From assembly GCA_001003475.1 (NCBI GenBank), contig LCPF01000001.1, forward strand, positions 234,571 to 298,570: a stretch of DNA of 64,000 nucleotides. Reading direction: 5' to 3'. The notes below the pieces were generated by a model. That model did no database searches. It was not told the origin of the DNA and worked only from the letters and a program-made list of their open reading frames with translations. The DNA comes from Candidatus Jorgensenbacteria bacterium GW2011_GWA1_48_11. Lineage in GTDB: Bacteria; Patescibacteriota; Minisyncoccia; UBA6257; GWB1-50-10. Position 1 is the first letter of the stretch. Each line of letters opens with the position of its first letter. This document shows, piece by piece, positions 26,243-35,113 of the stretch. The position numbers and the translations under genes were made by a program.

Positions 26243-26348
26243 CCCGTTAGAAGCGGCTCTAAATAACTATCAAAAATATTAATAAAATGACTTTCCTTAA
26301 TTTAAGCGGTCTGAATCAAATGCGGAGTTTTGTTCCGCTTCTAACGGG
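26243..26348 (+). repeat. Leader element copy 2: inverted-repeat-bounded unit (CCCGTTAGAAGCGG … CCGCTTCTAACGGG) abutting the ATG of ORF 26349
   Basis: Arms at 26243-26256 and 26335-26348; the ATG is at 26349. An extended -10 TGTTATAAT lies at 26217-26225, so the element would be a transcribed 5' leader. Confidence 0.7.
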
Positions 26349-27587
26349 ATGAAATTATTCAAAAACCCATTCTTTTATTTAAGTTTGGTTTTGGCAATTC
26401 TTTTGGGTTTTCAGGTCGGGGCGATTGTGCGTGGCGCCGACTGGGTGGGGCCCACTGATTCCAGGGGCTTTCCCTACGGCAATCCGGCAGCGCCGCTTTA
26501 TCAAAGCAATGCCATTCAGCAAGACCCAACATCCGGCGCTTTGGTTGCTCCGGTTGCGGCTGGTTCAACTAATGGCGTTACCTTAGGCAACGGCTTTGTC
26601 GGTTTTAGCGCGGATACTTCGATTCAAACTACTAATAATGGTTTGGCTTTCACGCCCTTAACTAGCGGTAATCTAACTCTTTTGTATTTTGGGTCAGCGG
26701 GATTCAGGTTAAACCAAATGGGCTCTGCGTTAGGCAATGCATTGACAATTAATGTGAGCACGCCAAGCGCAAGCTTGGACACGGGTTTTAATTTGGACTT
26801 CAACGGTTCCATTAACGCGAAAAGTTTTTATGTGAACGGCGTGCCGTTTGTCACCGATGCCGGCGGCCAGTGGACAATAAACGGCAATGACATCTATTAT
26901 AATCAGGGCGGCGTGGCCATCGGGGCAAATACGAATACCGCCGGTTTCAATTTTGAAGCCTACGCGCCAATGCGTCTTTATACCCCGAATGCCGACACGC
27001 ATACGCGGTCAATCAATGTTTGCGCCGACAACGACATAGGGATAATTTATACCCGATCTGGTTCGCTCGGCCAAATCTGGGTGGCCGGCACTGGCAATTC
27101 TGATGCCAGAGCATCGGTTGGCAGTTTCACCGACTGGGGCGTAAACTGCGCTAACAATGCTAAAGTTCAAGGAAATAATGTTTTTGATTTTGCGACCGAA
27201 GCCTATAAAATGTATGAATTTGATTGGAATTACGTTCCCGCTGGCGCCAGCCTTACGGCGACAGCCGGCGTAGGCGGCTCGGTCAGGCACGGACTGGCCG
27301 ATTCGGAGGGAAACAGTTTTGTCTATACCGAACCGTTCGCTATCCTTGACTGCTCTGCCACCTTCAAGGATTCAAATGATCAGATTATTGCGTTGACGCC
27401 CTCAATAAATCGCCCCTACAACTATAATGGCACAAGTTATCTTTTGGGTATCAGCAGAAATTGTACGGCGGCTGCCCTGGGCGGCGCCCAGATGGTGGCG
27501 GTGACTTTGAAGATAAACTGGAATGAAGCGAACGTTTTCCAGGATCCGCCGAACACTTTTTACATTCAAAACCAGCCTACTTTTTAG
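26349..27587 (+). CDS. Secreted protein, tail-fibre-like (…GQWTINGNDIYYNQGGVAIGANTNTAG…)
   Basis: N-terminal signal/TM segment. The Gly/Asn/Thr-rich beta-rich composition and the 'NDIYYNxGxVGIG' motif are common in phage tail fibres and intramolecular-chaperone-type surface proteins. Confidence 0.5.
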   Translation: MKLFKNPFFYLSLVLAILLGFQVGAIVRGADWVGPTDSRGFPYGNPAAPLYQSNAIQQDPTSGALVAPVAAGSTNGVTLGNGFVGFSADTSIQTTNNGLAFTPLTSGNLTLLYFGSAGFRLNQMGSALGNALTINVSTPSASLDTGFNLDFNGSINAKSFYVNGVPFVTDAGGQWTINGNDIYYNQGGVAIGANTNTAGFNFEAYAPMRLYTPNADTHTRSINVCADNDIGIIYTRSGSLGQIWVAGTGNSDARASVGSFTDWGVNCANNAKVQGNNVFDFATEAYKMYEFDWNYVPAGASLTATAGVGGSVRHGLADSEGNSFVYTEPFAILDCSATFKDSNDQIIALTPSINRPYNYNGTSYLLGISRNCTAAALGGAQMVAVTLKINWNEANVFQDPPNTFYIQNQPTF

Positions 27588-27601
27588 AAAGCTTTAAAAT
27601 C

Positions 27602-27626
27602 AAAAAACGCCCTAAGGCGTTTTTTG
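27602..27626. terminator. Bidirectional rho-independent terminator (AAAAAACGCC-CTAA-GGCGTTTTTT)
   Basis: Perfect 9-bp stem with an A-run on one side and a T-run on the other. Confidence 0.75.
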
Positions 27627-27648
27627 ATTATTTGCTATAATAAGATTA

Positions 27649-29824
27649 ATGGAGAAAGGCATTGCTTTTCGGTTTCTGTTTTTTGGTTTGGTCGCGACCG
27701 CGCTGGCGTTTTTCGGCGTTGTCTCTTATGTCCGGGCCGTGACCGCGCCGACGGGTGTCGGCGCGACCGCTCTTTCTGCCTGCGCCGCGAAAGTTACCTG
27801 GGTTCAAAATTCGCCGCCGGCGAATCCGCGCTATGACGCAGCTAGAAACGATTCGGGCACTTCGGTCGGCATAGTCTACCAGGGCGTGATCACGAGCGTG
27901 GAGGTAGCGGATCCACTTACCCTTTCTTTTACTGATCCTAATCCGCCCAATTCTTCGCCGCAGTATTGGTCAGGGCCCTTAAATCCGGGCACAACCCACA
28001 CTTATCATGTCCGGATTTTTGATCAGCAAAGCGGCGAACTTTCGGCCTGGGTTGGTCCGGCAACAGTGACGACCAATGCTTTGCCGCCGGCGCCGGGCGC
28101 GCCGTCTATTTCGGGCGTTGACACTGCTAATTTGGGAACGATCAATGTTTCGTGGAGCGCTAATACTGTTTCCAGTCTTTTCAATCAATACGGAAAGTTC
28201 GTGGTCAGAAGAGCGATCTCTGCGGACAACGGCGCAAGCTTCGGCTCTTTTTCTCAAGCCGGGCCTTTATTGCCTTCAAGCAATACTTTTTACAATGATA
28301 TGGTTTTTTCGAACGATGCCGGCGGTTACCTCACTAATTCCTATAAATACGAGGTTTATGCCCGGGAAGTGGGCGGCCAAGGCTGTGATCCGCAAAATGC
28401 CCAACAGACCATTGATTCGCCCCCGTCGCTTACGGTCGTCGTGCCCGTGCGGCCAGCCGGCCTTGCTGCCGCCTTCACGCCCGAGCCCGATCGGAAAATT
28501 TCCTTGGTCTGGCAGAATAGGGCGGTCAATGCGACGCGATTGGAAATTCGAAGATCGCTCGGAACGAGTTTTAACCCCGCGACCGCTTTTGTCGTGACGA
28601 ACGGCCTGCCCCCGGACGCCTCTTCTTATGACGATTCAAGCATTAATCCTGGCGTTCAGACCTATACTTATTCGATTCGCGCCTGCACGGCGACGGCTTG
28701 TTCTTTCTTTTCCGACGTGGCCTCTGTGATGACCGGCGTGGTCGTGCCCGCGAATGTGGCGGCCGGAATCATGAATATTAATTTGAATCCGGGAGCGGCC
28801 AACTACAATACGGCCGATGTTTATCTGACCTGGGAGGGCGATGTCATTTCCAAATATGTTTATACGATCCAGCGGGCCGCTGACGGCGGCGCTCCCGCTG
28901 ACATTGCGTCATTGACCGAGACGCAGTTTTTCAATTTAAACCATCTTTATAAAGACAGCGTTGCCTTGAATCACGGTTATTCTTACAGGATCAAGGCCCA
29001 GGCGCCGGACGGCTTAAGCGATTATTCGAATATGGCAACAATCAGCGTGGACATCCGTTACAAGATTACAGGCGTGGCTTGGAGCGCTTCGGCGCAAGCG
29101 GTGCCGCCACAGGATACGATTTCGCCAACGGTGGCCATTACGGCGCCAGCGGACGGCGCTACGGTGAGCGGCCTGGTCCAGATTTCCGTTGATGCTTCCG
29201 ATAACGTCGGCGTTACGGGCCTCCAGTTTAAAATAGGCGCTGTTAATCTTGGGTCGGCTATCGCGAATGAGCCGTATTCCGCAAATTGGGATACTAGCGG
29301 CGTTCCAAACGTCGGCCGTCGCTTCGGATGCCGCCCTAAATAGCGGCAGCGCCTCGCTTACGGTAAACGTCAATAATCCTCCGCCGCCGCAGCCGATTGC
29401 GGCACCTAATTCTCCCAGCAATCTCATCCCCGTATCAGTCAGCTCGACCCAGGCCACTATTTCTTGGAGCGATGATTCGACGGCTGAGGCACCGGCCAGG
29501 AATTTCAGTGTTTGGCGCAGGGATATTGGTCCTGCCCCCGATTCGCGTATTGCCGATCAGGCTTGGCTTGAAATCGCTCTCATAACGGCGCCAGCAACTT
29601 CTTATACCGATACGAATCTTACGCCGAATTATTTTTATGATTACAAAGTGCGGGCCTGCAACGAAGGCGGCTGCTCGGATTATTCCGATGTTCTTAGGGT
29701 GACAACTCCCCTCACGGACGGTGGCGGCGGGGGAGGCGCTTGCGTGACCGATGAGGACTGTTCTAATGACGATGTATGCTTGCCCGAGGGCTATTGCGGC
29801 CAGCCCACCGAATCCACGCAATAA
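27649..29824 (+). pseudogene. Large secreted FN3/bacterial-Ig (Big) surface protein with the frame interrupted near 29300-29330 (ORFs 27649..29343 and 29249..29824)
   Basis: Signal peptide, several FN3-like modules, then a Big/He_PIG-like module (ISPTVAITAPADGATVSG…YSANWDTSGVPN). This ends in frame A at …VGRRFGCRPK*, while frame B continues with the expected …AVASDAALNSGSASLTVNVNN…, further FN3 and a Cys-rich tail. This is consistent with a frameshift, either a real mutation or a sequencing error. Confidence 0.5.
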
Positions 29825-29838
29825 CATCAAACGGATTT

Positions 29839-31146
29839 ATGAATAAAATAAAAGATTATCAAAAAGGAATTTTAACGATAGCGGCGGCGGCCCTTGCCTT
29901 GTTTGTTTTTCTCACCGCTTCTTTCGTGATTTTTTATCTTCATAACGTGGAAGCGCAGACGTTTACGCCGGCCGCCGGTCCGGGCTGGATCAGGTTCAGC
30001 TCGGATAGCTACGGCGGCGCGTCAGCCGATGCCGTGCCTTACGGCGTTTTCGTGACGAGCGATGGAACGGTGGTGGGCGAGGCTTGGTCTGACAATTACG
30101 GCTGGCTTTCTTTCAATCAGGCGGATTTAACGAATTGCCCGCTCACCCCATGCCGGGCGGTTTTCAGCGCTTCAACCGGCCAATTGAGCGGCTGGGCCAA
30201 ATTCTTGGGCGCGGACAGCTGGGTCAGTTTGCGGGGGACGATTAACGTCGTTTCCCTGCCGACGCCGGTTTCAAGGACCGCTCTTTTTCTGAGAAAAACA
30301 GTGCCATTGGCGGCTTCTCTTTTTGACATATTGAATGTTCGGGCCGAGACTAATTACGGCGTGAATTTCGATCCGAGCTCGGGTAAAATCACCGGCGTTG
30401 CCTGGAGCGATAACGCGGGTTGGATAGTTTTCGGCGATCCAGCCACACCCTCGGCGGTCAGTGCTTGCGCGGACTGCCTGGTTATGGCCGAGCTTTTGAA
30501 TCAGCCGCCGACAGTGGTGGCCGGAAGCGTCACGGTGGATGAGCCGCCCGATTCTTGGTGCGCCGCTTCGCCTTTTTACGAAACTTCCTGGCAATACAAC
30601 GATCCGGAGCCCAACCCCACTGCTCAAGCATCGGCCAGAATAGATTTCATAAAAGTGGGCGATACGACGCCGACCCATACCGCGAACACGACCAGCAGTG
30701 ATTGGAGTTACACTTTTTTTGGTCCTTTAAGTCGTCTTGCGGCCGACACCGAATATCGGGCCTGGGTGACGGTTTCGGACGGCGCCGTCGAAAGCTTGGC
30801 GCCGGCCTCCTCGTCGATATTCCGGACGCCGCAATATTATTACCCGCTGGTTGATTTCAATTGGTCGCCCAGCCCGTTCAGCGCTCCGGCCCAAGTCACT
30901 TTCAACGGTAATGCTACCGATCGTTCAGGAGGAGCCCAACCGATTTCTTGGCAATGGGAGTTCTCGAATGCCGCTCCGGCCCGGTCCAGCGTGGCGCAGC
31001 CAACGATGATTAGGATTCAGCAATTGCCCGCTTGGGCCACCTCGACAGTGATTCAGGACTCCCACCAGTGTATTCTTGGCCAATCCTTGGGTATCAGCGG
31101 TTCTATCGGGCCGGGCATTAAAAGGAGGATTTTTAAGGAGCTTTAA
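29839..31146 (+). CDS. Secreted/membrane-anchored protein with repeated …AWSDN(Y/A)GW(L/I)xF… modules and a C-terminal PKD-like domain
   Basis: Preferred start MNKIKDY at 29839, with a TM/signal helix. Two copies of the 'GVxxxxDGxVxGxAWSDNxGWxxF' module are followed by YYYPLVDFNWSP…QVTFNGNATD (PKD-like). Confidence 0.5.
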   Translation: MNKIKDYQKGILTIAAAALALFVFLTASFVIFYLHNVEAQTFTPAAGPGWIRFSSDSYGGASADAVPYGVFVTSDGTVVGEAWSDNYGWLSFNQADLTNCPLTPCRAVFSASTGQLSGWAKFLGADSWVSLRGTINVVSLPTPVSRTALFLRKTVPLAASLFDILNVRAETNYGVNFDPSSGKITGVAWSDNAGWIVFGDPATPSAVSACADCLVMAELLNQPPTVVAGSVTVDEPPDSWCAASPFYETSWQYNDPEPNPTAQASARIDFIKVGDTTPTHTANTTSSDWSYTFFGPLSRLAADTEYRAWVTVSDGAVESLAPASSSIFRTPQYYYPLVDFNWSPSPFSAPAQVTFNGNATDRSGGAQPISWQWEFSNAAPARSSVAQPTMIRIQQLPAWATSTVIQDSHQCILGQSLGISGSIGPGIKRRIFKEL

Positions 31147-31236
31147 ACTTCCCGATAAAATAGACTGTTCGATTCGTCGCCTCAATTCCTTGCATATGCA
31201 AGGAATTGAGGCTATCGATTTGCTTGGATTTCTGTT

Positions 31237-31986
31237 TCAAGCTTTCGTCAAGACAAAGCCGATTATTTTATGGGCGCCCGCTTCCTTCAGGAGACGGGCC
31301 GCTTCGTTCATGGTCGCGCCGGAAGTGAAAACATCGTCCACGAGAAAAACGTCTTTTCCTTTTAAAGATCCCGGATTTTTGAGGCCGAAAGAGCCGGCAA
31401 TGTTTTTTGTTCTCGCTTTATAATCTTTGCAGTCGGTTTGCGAAGCCGTCGGTTTTATTTTGACAAGGCAATCGTTCCCGATTGAAAGCGGTTGCGGCCG
31501 TTCGAATTTTCCAGCCAAAATTGTGGCAATAACTTCGGCAATTAGACGACCCTGGTTAAAGCCCCTTTGTCTTTCCTTGTTTTTATAAATCGGTATGGGA
31601 ACGAGGACCGTATTCTTTGGATCCATGTTGAATGTCGGCAATTTTTCCAGATATTCTTTTATCAATCCCGGCCAAGGCTTCAGGGAGGGAGTAAGACCGC
31701 CGTATTTAAGGGTTTGAATGAGTTCGCGGACGGGTTTTATTTCGTAGCTCGTGACGGCCGCCAAAATGAATTCCGCCCGGGAATGGCAGGTTTTCTCGGC
31801 TTGATAAAGGCGGCCGCCGCAGGCCGGACAGTAAAAACCGTTGTTTACCCGGATTTGGCGGCGGCACAGCCTGCAGATAAAGGTCGATTTTTCCTCGGTT
31901 GTCTCTAGGCGTTTTTTGCAGGCCAAGCATACCGGCGGAAACAAAATATTCAGAACATTTTGTCCAAACTGATCCAGCTTCATCAA
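31237..31986 (-). CDS. comFC: ComF-family competence protein (ComFC; phosphoribosyltransferase domain plus N-terminal zinc finger)
   Basis: N-terminal CxxC…CxxC and a C-terminal PRTase motif (…DVFLVDDVFTSGATM…). Confidence 0.8.
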   Translation of the reverse strand: MMKLDQFGQNVLNILFPPVCLACKKRLETTEEKSTFICRLCRRQIRVNNGFYCPACGGRLYQAEKTCHSRAEFILAAVTSYEIKPVRELIQTLKYGGLTPSLKPWPGLIKEYLEKLPTFNMDPKNTVLVPIPIYKNKERQRGFNQGRLIAEVIATILAGKFERPQPLSIGNDCLVKIKPTASQTDCKDYKARTKNIAGSFGLKNPGSLKGKDVFLVDDVFTSGATMNEAARLLKEAGAHKIIGFVLTKA

Positions 31987-32203
31987 TTTTATTATACAGT
32001 TGCTGCTTCGGCCATCGGAAGAGGATCGGCCTTACCGTCATGTTCCGGAAATTTTATGCGCCGCCAAAGCTGTGTTAAAATTAGATGACAATCAACATCA
32101 ATTCGTCAGCATCGGCACAAACCAGAATTAATGGTTTTTCTTGGAACGAATTTGTTGCGCCGATTGATGCGGATTACGGCCGATTTACGCAGATGAATAA
32201 AAT

Positions 32204-33301
32204 ATGAAATTAGGCTTTTTGGATTTTTTCGGCGATATCGCCAATTTTTTGAGAGGCGGTTCGGTCTTGGGCGTCGATATCGGCACGAGCTCCATTAAAA
32301 TTGCGGAAATCTTGAAAAAAGGCGACAGCTTTCGGCTCGCCAATTACGGCATTCTGGAAACGAAAAGTTATCTGGAGCATCCGAATCAGGCTATTCAAAC
32401 CAGTTCCTTGCGGATCGTTGAAAAAGATGCGGCCGAACTTTTAAAAACCATGCTTAGGGAGATTAAGCCGAAGACGCGGACCGCGATCGCCTCAATACCG
32501 GCTTTCGTTTCTTTTGTGACGCCGATCGAGATGCCCCTCATGAAGCCCGACGAGACCTCGAAGGCCGTGGCTTTCGAAGCCAGGCAGTTGATCCCGCTGC
32601 CGCCCTCCGAGGTAACCTTGGATTGGCTGAAGATCGAAGAGTTTCAGGGATCGCGCGGCCAGAGCATGCAGCGCATTCTCTTGATGGGGGTGCCGAACGA
32701 GATCGTGAGGAAATACAAAACTATTTTTAAGACCGCCGACGTGAAGATCGCGGCTTTTGAAATCGAAAGCCTGGCTTTGGTGCGCGCTCTCGCCGGCGCC
32801 GATAACGTCCTGACCCTGTCTGTTGATATCGGCGCCGAAGCGACGAACATACTGGTCAGCGAAAACGGCGTATTGAAATATAACGGCGTCACCGACTACG
32901 GCGGCATTTACATCACCCAGGCCGTTGGCCGCAGTTTGGGCGTGAGTTCGATGCGGGCCGAGGAATTGAAACGCCGGCGGGGACTGACCGGCACCGGCGG
33001 TGAAATGGAGTTATCAACATTAATCGTGCCGTTTTTAGATGTTATAATACAGGAGTGCAGACACGTGGTTGATGTTTGCGAGCGGCGCTATGGCAAGCGA
33101 GCGGAAAAATTGATTTTGACCGGCGGGGGAGCGAATCTGCTGGGCATTGAAAAGTATTTCGTAAGCCAGTTGAATTTGCCGTTAGGTCAAGCTCCGCAGT
33201 TAAGCAACCTCGTTTACGAACCGGATCTGGAGCCAGCGCGGAAGGGGTTGGATAACGCTCTTTTGGTCGCCATCGGTTTAGCGAAAAGATATTTCAAATA
33301 A
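32204..33301 (+). CDS. pilM: Type IV pilus assembly protein PilM (actin-like ATPase)
   Basis: …VLGVDIGTSSIKIAE… N-terminal phosphate-1 motif and a …LTGGGANL… C-terminal motif. Confidence 0.8.
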   Translation: MKLGFLDFFGDIANFLRGGSVLGVDIGTSSIKIAEILKKGDSFRLANYGILETKSYLEHPNQAIQTSSLRIVEKDAAELLKTMLREIKPKTRTAIASIPAFVSFVTPIEMPLMKPDETSKAVAFEARQLIPLPPSEVTLDWLKIEEFQGSRGQSMQRILLMGVPNEIVRKYKTIFKTADVKIAAFEIESLALVRALAGADNVLTLSVDIGAEATNILVSENGVLKYNGVTDYGGIYITQAVGRSLGVSSMRAEELKRRRGLTGTGGEMELSTLIVPFLDVIIQECRHVVDVCERRYGKRAEKLILTGGGANLLGIEKYFVSQLNLPLGQAPQLSNLVYEPDLEPARKGLDNALLVAIGLAKRYFK

Positions 33302-33310
33302 TAAAATAAA

Positions 33311-33874
33311 ATGCCCGAGCCAACCACTCAAGCCAAATTGGAAGAACAGTTCACGACCGCGGCCATTCCGGTCGGTTTGCCGTGGCGGCTTTTGGTCTTC
33401 ACGATCATTATTTTCGCCTTCAGCATCGTGATTTATTTCGGTCTGCGCTTCGGTTACGAGAATTATTTGACTCAGCAGGGCGACAATCTGGATAAGCAGA
33501 TTGATCAGCTGACGAGCCAGGTCAATCAGACCGATCAGCAGAACTTCATTAATTTTTATTCCCAGCTTATCAATTTGAGAACGGTCCTGGGCAACCACGG
33601 TTTTTCCTCGAATGTTTTCGGTTTTCTCGAGAAAAACACGATCGGCTCCATTTATTACACCGAAGCCGATTTTTCCCGGGAAGGCAACGACTTGAATCTG
33701 GCCGGCGAAGCCGCTTCGGTTGACGCCCTGGTCCAGCAAATGAATATTTTCGACAAATCGCCGGCTTTGGCAAGCGTGAATTTGAATCAGCTCAATTTTG
33801 AATCCCGGGGTACCGTCGGCTTCAGCGTTCACTTGGTCTTTAATGAGGATTTCACGAGCAAACCGGCGCAATAA
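33311..33874 (+). CDS. pilN: PilN-like pilus assembly protein
   Basis: Single TM helix, coiled coil, periplasmic domain; position directly after pilM. Confidence 0.55.
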   Translation: MPEPTTQAKLEEQFTTAAIPVGLPWRLLVFTIIIFAFSIVIYFGLRFGYENYLTQQGDNLDKQIDQLTSQVNQTDQQNFINFYSQLINLRTVLGNHGFSSNVFGFLEKNTIGSIYYTEADFSREGNDLNLAGEAASVDALVQQMNIFDKSPALASVNLNQLNFESRGTVGFSVHLVFNEDFTSKPAQ

Positions 33875-34013
33875 CCCCTCACCTTTCAAAGATAAGAAGC
33901 TTAATCCGATCAATCTAACTATGTATAAAATGAAAACAACAAATTTTGCAAAAAAAGGGACGTTAATTTTTGAAGACCGCTTCCAAATAAGCGCAATCTT
34001 TGAAGGGTGAGGG
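33875..34013 (+). mobile_element. pil-junction element copy A: about 139-bp unit with 18-bp terminal inverted repeats (CCCCTCACCTTTCAAAGAT … ATCTTTGAAGGGTGAGGG) and a 29-codon mini-ORF (33921..34010)
   Basis: The left repeat starts immediately after the pilN TAA. The right repeat ends in GGG immediately before the pilO ATG. The mini-ORF MYKMKTTNFAKKGTLIFEDRFQISAIFEG stops at a TGA inside the right repeat, 3 nt before the pilO ATG. The interior is about 80% identical to copy C. Confidence 0.7.
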
Positions 34014-34580
34014 ATGAAGACTTCCACTAAAAGAATTTTGAGTATCGGCCTCGCGGGCCTGCTTTTGGTCGGCACGCTCGTGGTTTACGTAAGCTTCATT
34101 AAGCCGGAAATAGACGTTATCGCCCAGGAGCGGTCCTTGGCCGTTTCCAAGGCCAATTTGTTCAGCGATCAGAAAGCGGCCGTTCAGGGCGTCCAGAAAT
34201 TGATCGCTCAATTCCAGAGCATTACGTCCATTCAGCAGGACGTTAATCTGGAAATGCCGATCGGAGCCAATACGACCCAGGCCTTAAACCAAATCCAATC
34301 CGTTACTCGTTTGAACCAGGTGAATCTCAATTCCCTTTCGATCAAAGCCGAATCTTTTTTGCCCAGCCGTCAGCCTTTGGCCAAGCGACTGGGGACGCTG
34401 ACCGTGAACATGGCCGTGACCGGCGCCTATGACAATATCAAGGGATTTTTGCGGGCTTTGGAGACCAACGTCCGGGTAGCAAACACGAAAACTTTTACCA
34501 TCAGTCCGGTTAGTGGCCTGAACCAGAATAATTATTCCCTGACGCTTTCGGTCGAAATTTATTACCAGGAAGGTTCATAA
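34014..34580 (+). CDS. pilO: PilO-like pilus assembly protein
   Basis: N-terminal TM helix, coiled coil, C-terminal domain; gene order pilM-N-O. Confidence 0.55.
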   Translation: MKTSTKRILSIGLAGLLLVGTLVVYVSFIKPEIDVIAQERSLAVSKANLFSDQKAAVQGVQKLIAQFQSITSIQQDVNLEMPIGANTTQALNQIQSVTRLNQVNLNSLSIKAESFLPSRQPLAKRLGTLTVNMAVTGAYDNIKGFLRALETNVRVANTKTFTISPVSGLNQNNYSLTLSVEIYYQEGS

Positions 34581-34584
34581 AATC

Positions 34585-34875
34585 ATGGCTATTGAATTTG
34601 AAGAAGAGAAAAAACCGGTCAATTGGGTCGCGATTCTTACGGTCATCGTGATCGTGGCGGTGCTGTTTTTCGGCAGCTATTATTTGTTTTTCAAGCAGCC
34701 GCAACTCATCGAGGTGGTGGCGCCGAAGTCGCTCCAAACGATCGGCAGCCTTTCCAAGCTTTCTTTTGATCCGTCGACGGTGGTGAACGACCCGACGCGC
34801 AAACTGCTCCGTCAATACGGCACGAACGTTCAGCCGGTCACGCCCGGCCGCAGCAATCCCTTCCAGCCGTTTTAA
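34585..34875 (+). CDS. Small membrane protein (96 aa) ending …NPFQPF
   Basis: TM helix plus a short periplasmic tail. A paralogue-like protein at 53518..53805 ends …INPF. Confidence 0.4.
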   Translation: MAIEFEEEKKPVNWVAILTVIVIVAVLFFGSYYLFFKQPQLIEVVAPKSLQTIGSLSKLSFDPSTVVNDPTRKLLRQYGTNVQPVTPGRSNPFQPF

Positions 34876-34941
34876 ATATTCATCCCGATCCGCCTAAGTT
34901 TTGCGAAGCAAAATTTTGGCGGGGAGGTTAAGCAGATTTAA

Positions 34942-35054
34942 CCCCGCACCTTTATGGCAGAGACTAAAACCATGTATCAAAGTAGAGCCGCAGGCGAACC
35001 GCTTCGCTCTTATTTTAATTTGCAATTCAAATCTTTGCAGCAAAGGTGCGGGGT
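34942..35054 (+). mobile_element. pil-junction element copy D (divergent): CCCCGCACCTTT … AAAGGTGCGGGG inverted repeats enclosing a 39-codon ORF that starts ATGTATCAAAG…
   Basis: Same architecture and the same ATGTAT(A/C)AA mini-ORF start as copies A and C; it lies between the small-protein gene and pilB. Confidence 0.5.
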
Positions 35055-35113
35055 GCTTAATGTTGTAGCTAAATTTACTACGCATTGAGCTTGTAAATTT
35101 AGACAACATTGGC

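Noticed and set aside
29249-29824. ORF 29249..29824 as an independent gene
   Set aside because: Its N-terminal part has no start context. Its frame carries the direct continuation (…AVASDAALNSGSASLTVNVNN…) of the Big domain that is cut off in ORF 27649..29343. It is therefore treated as the downstream half of one frameshifted gene.
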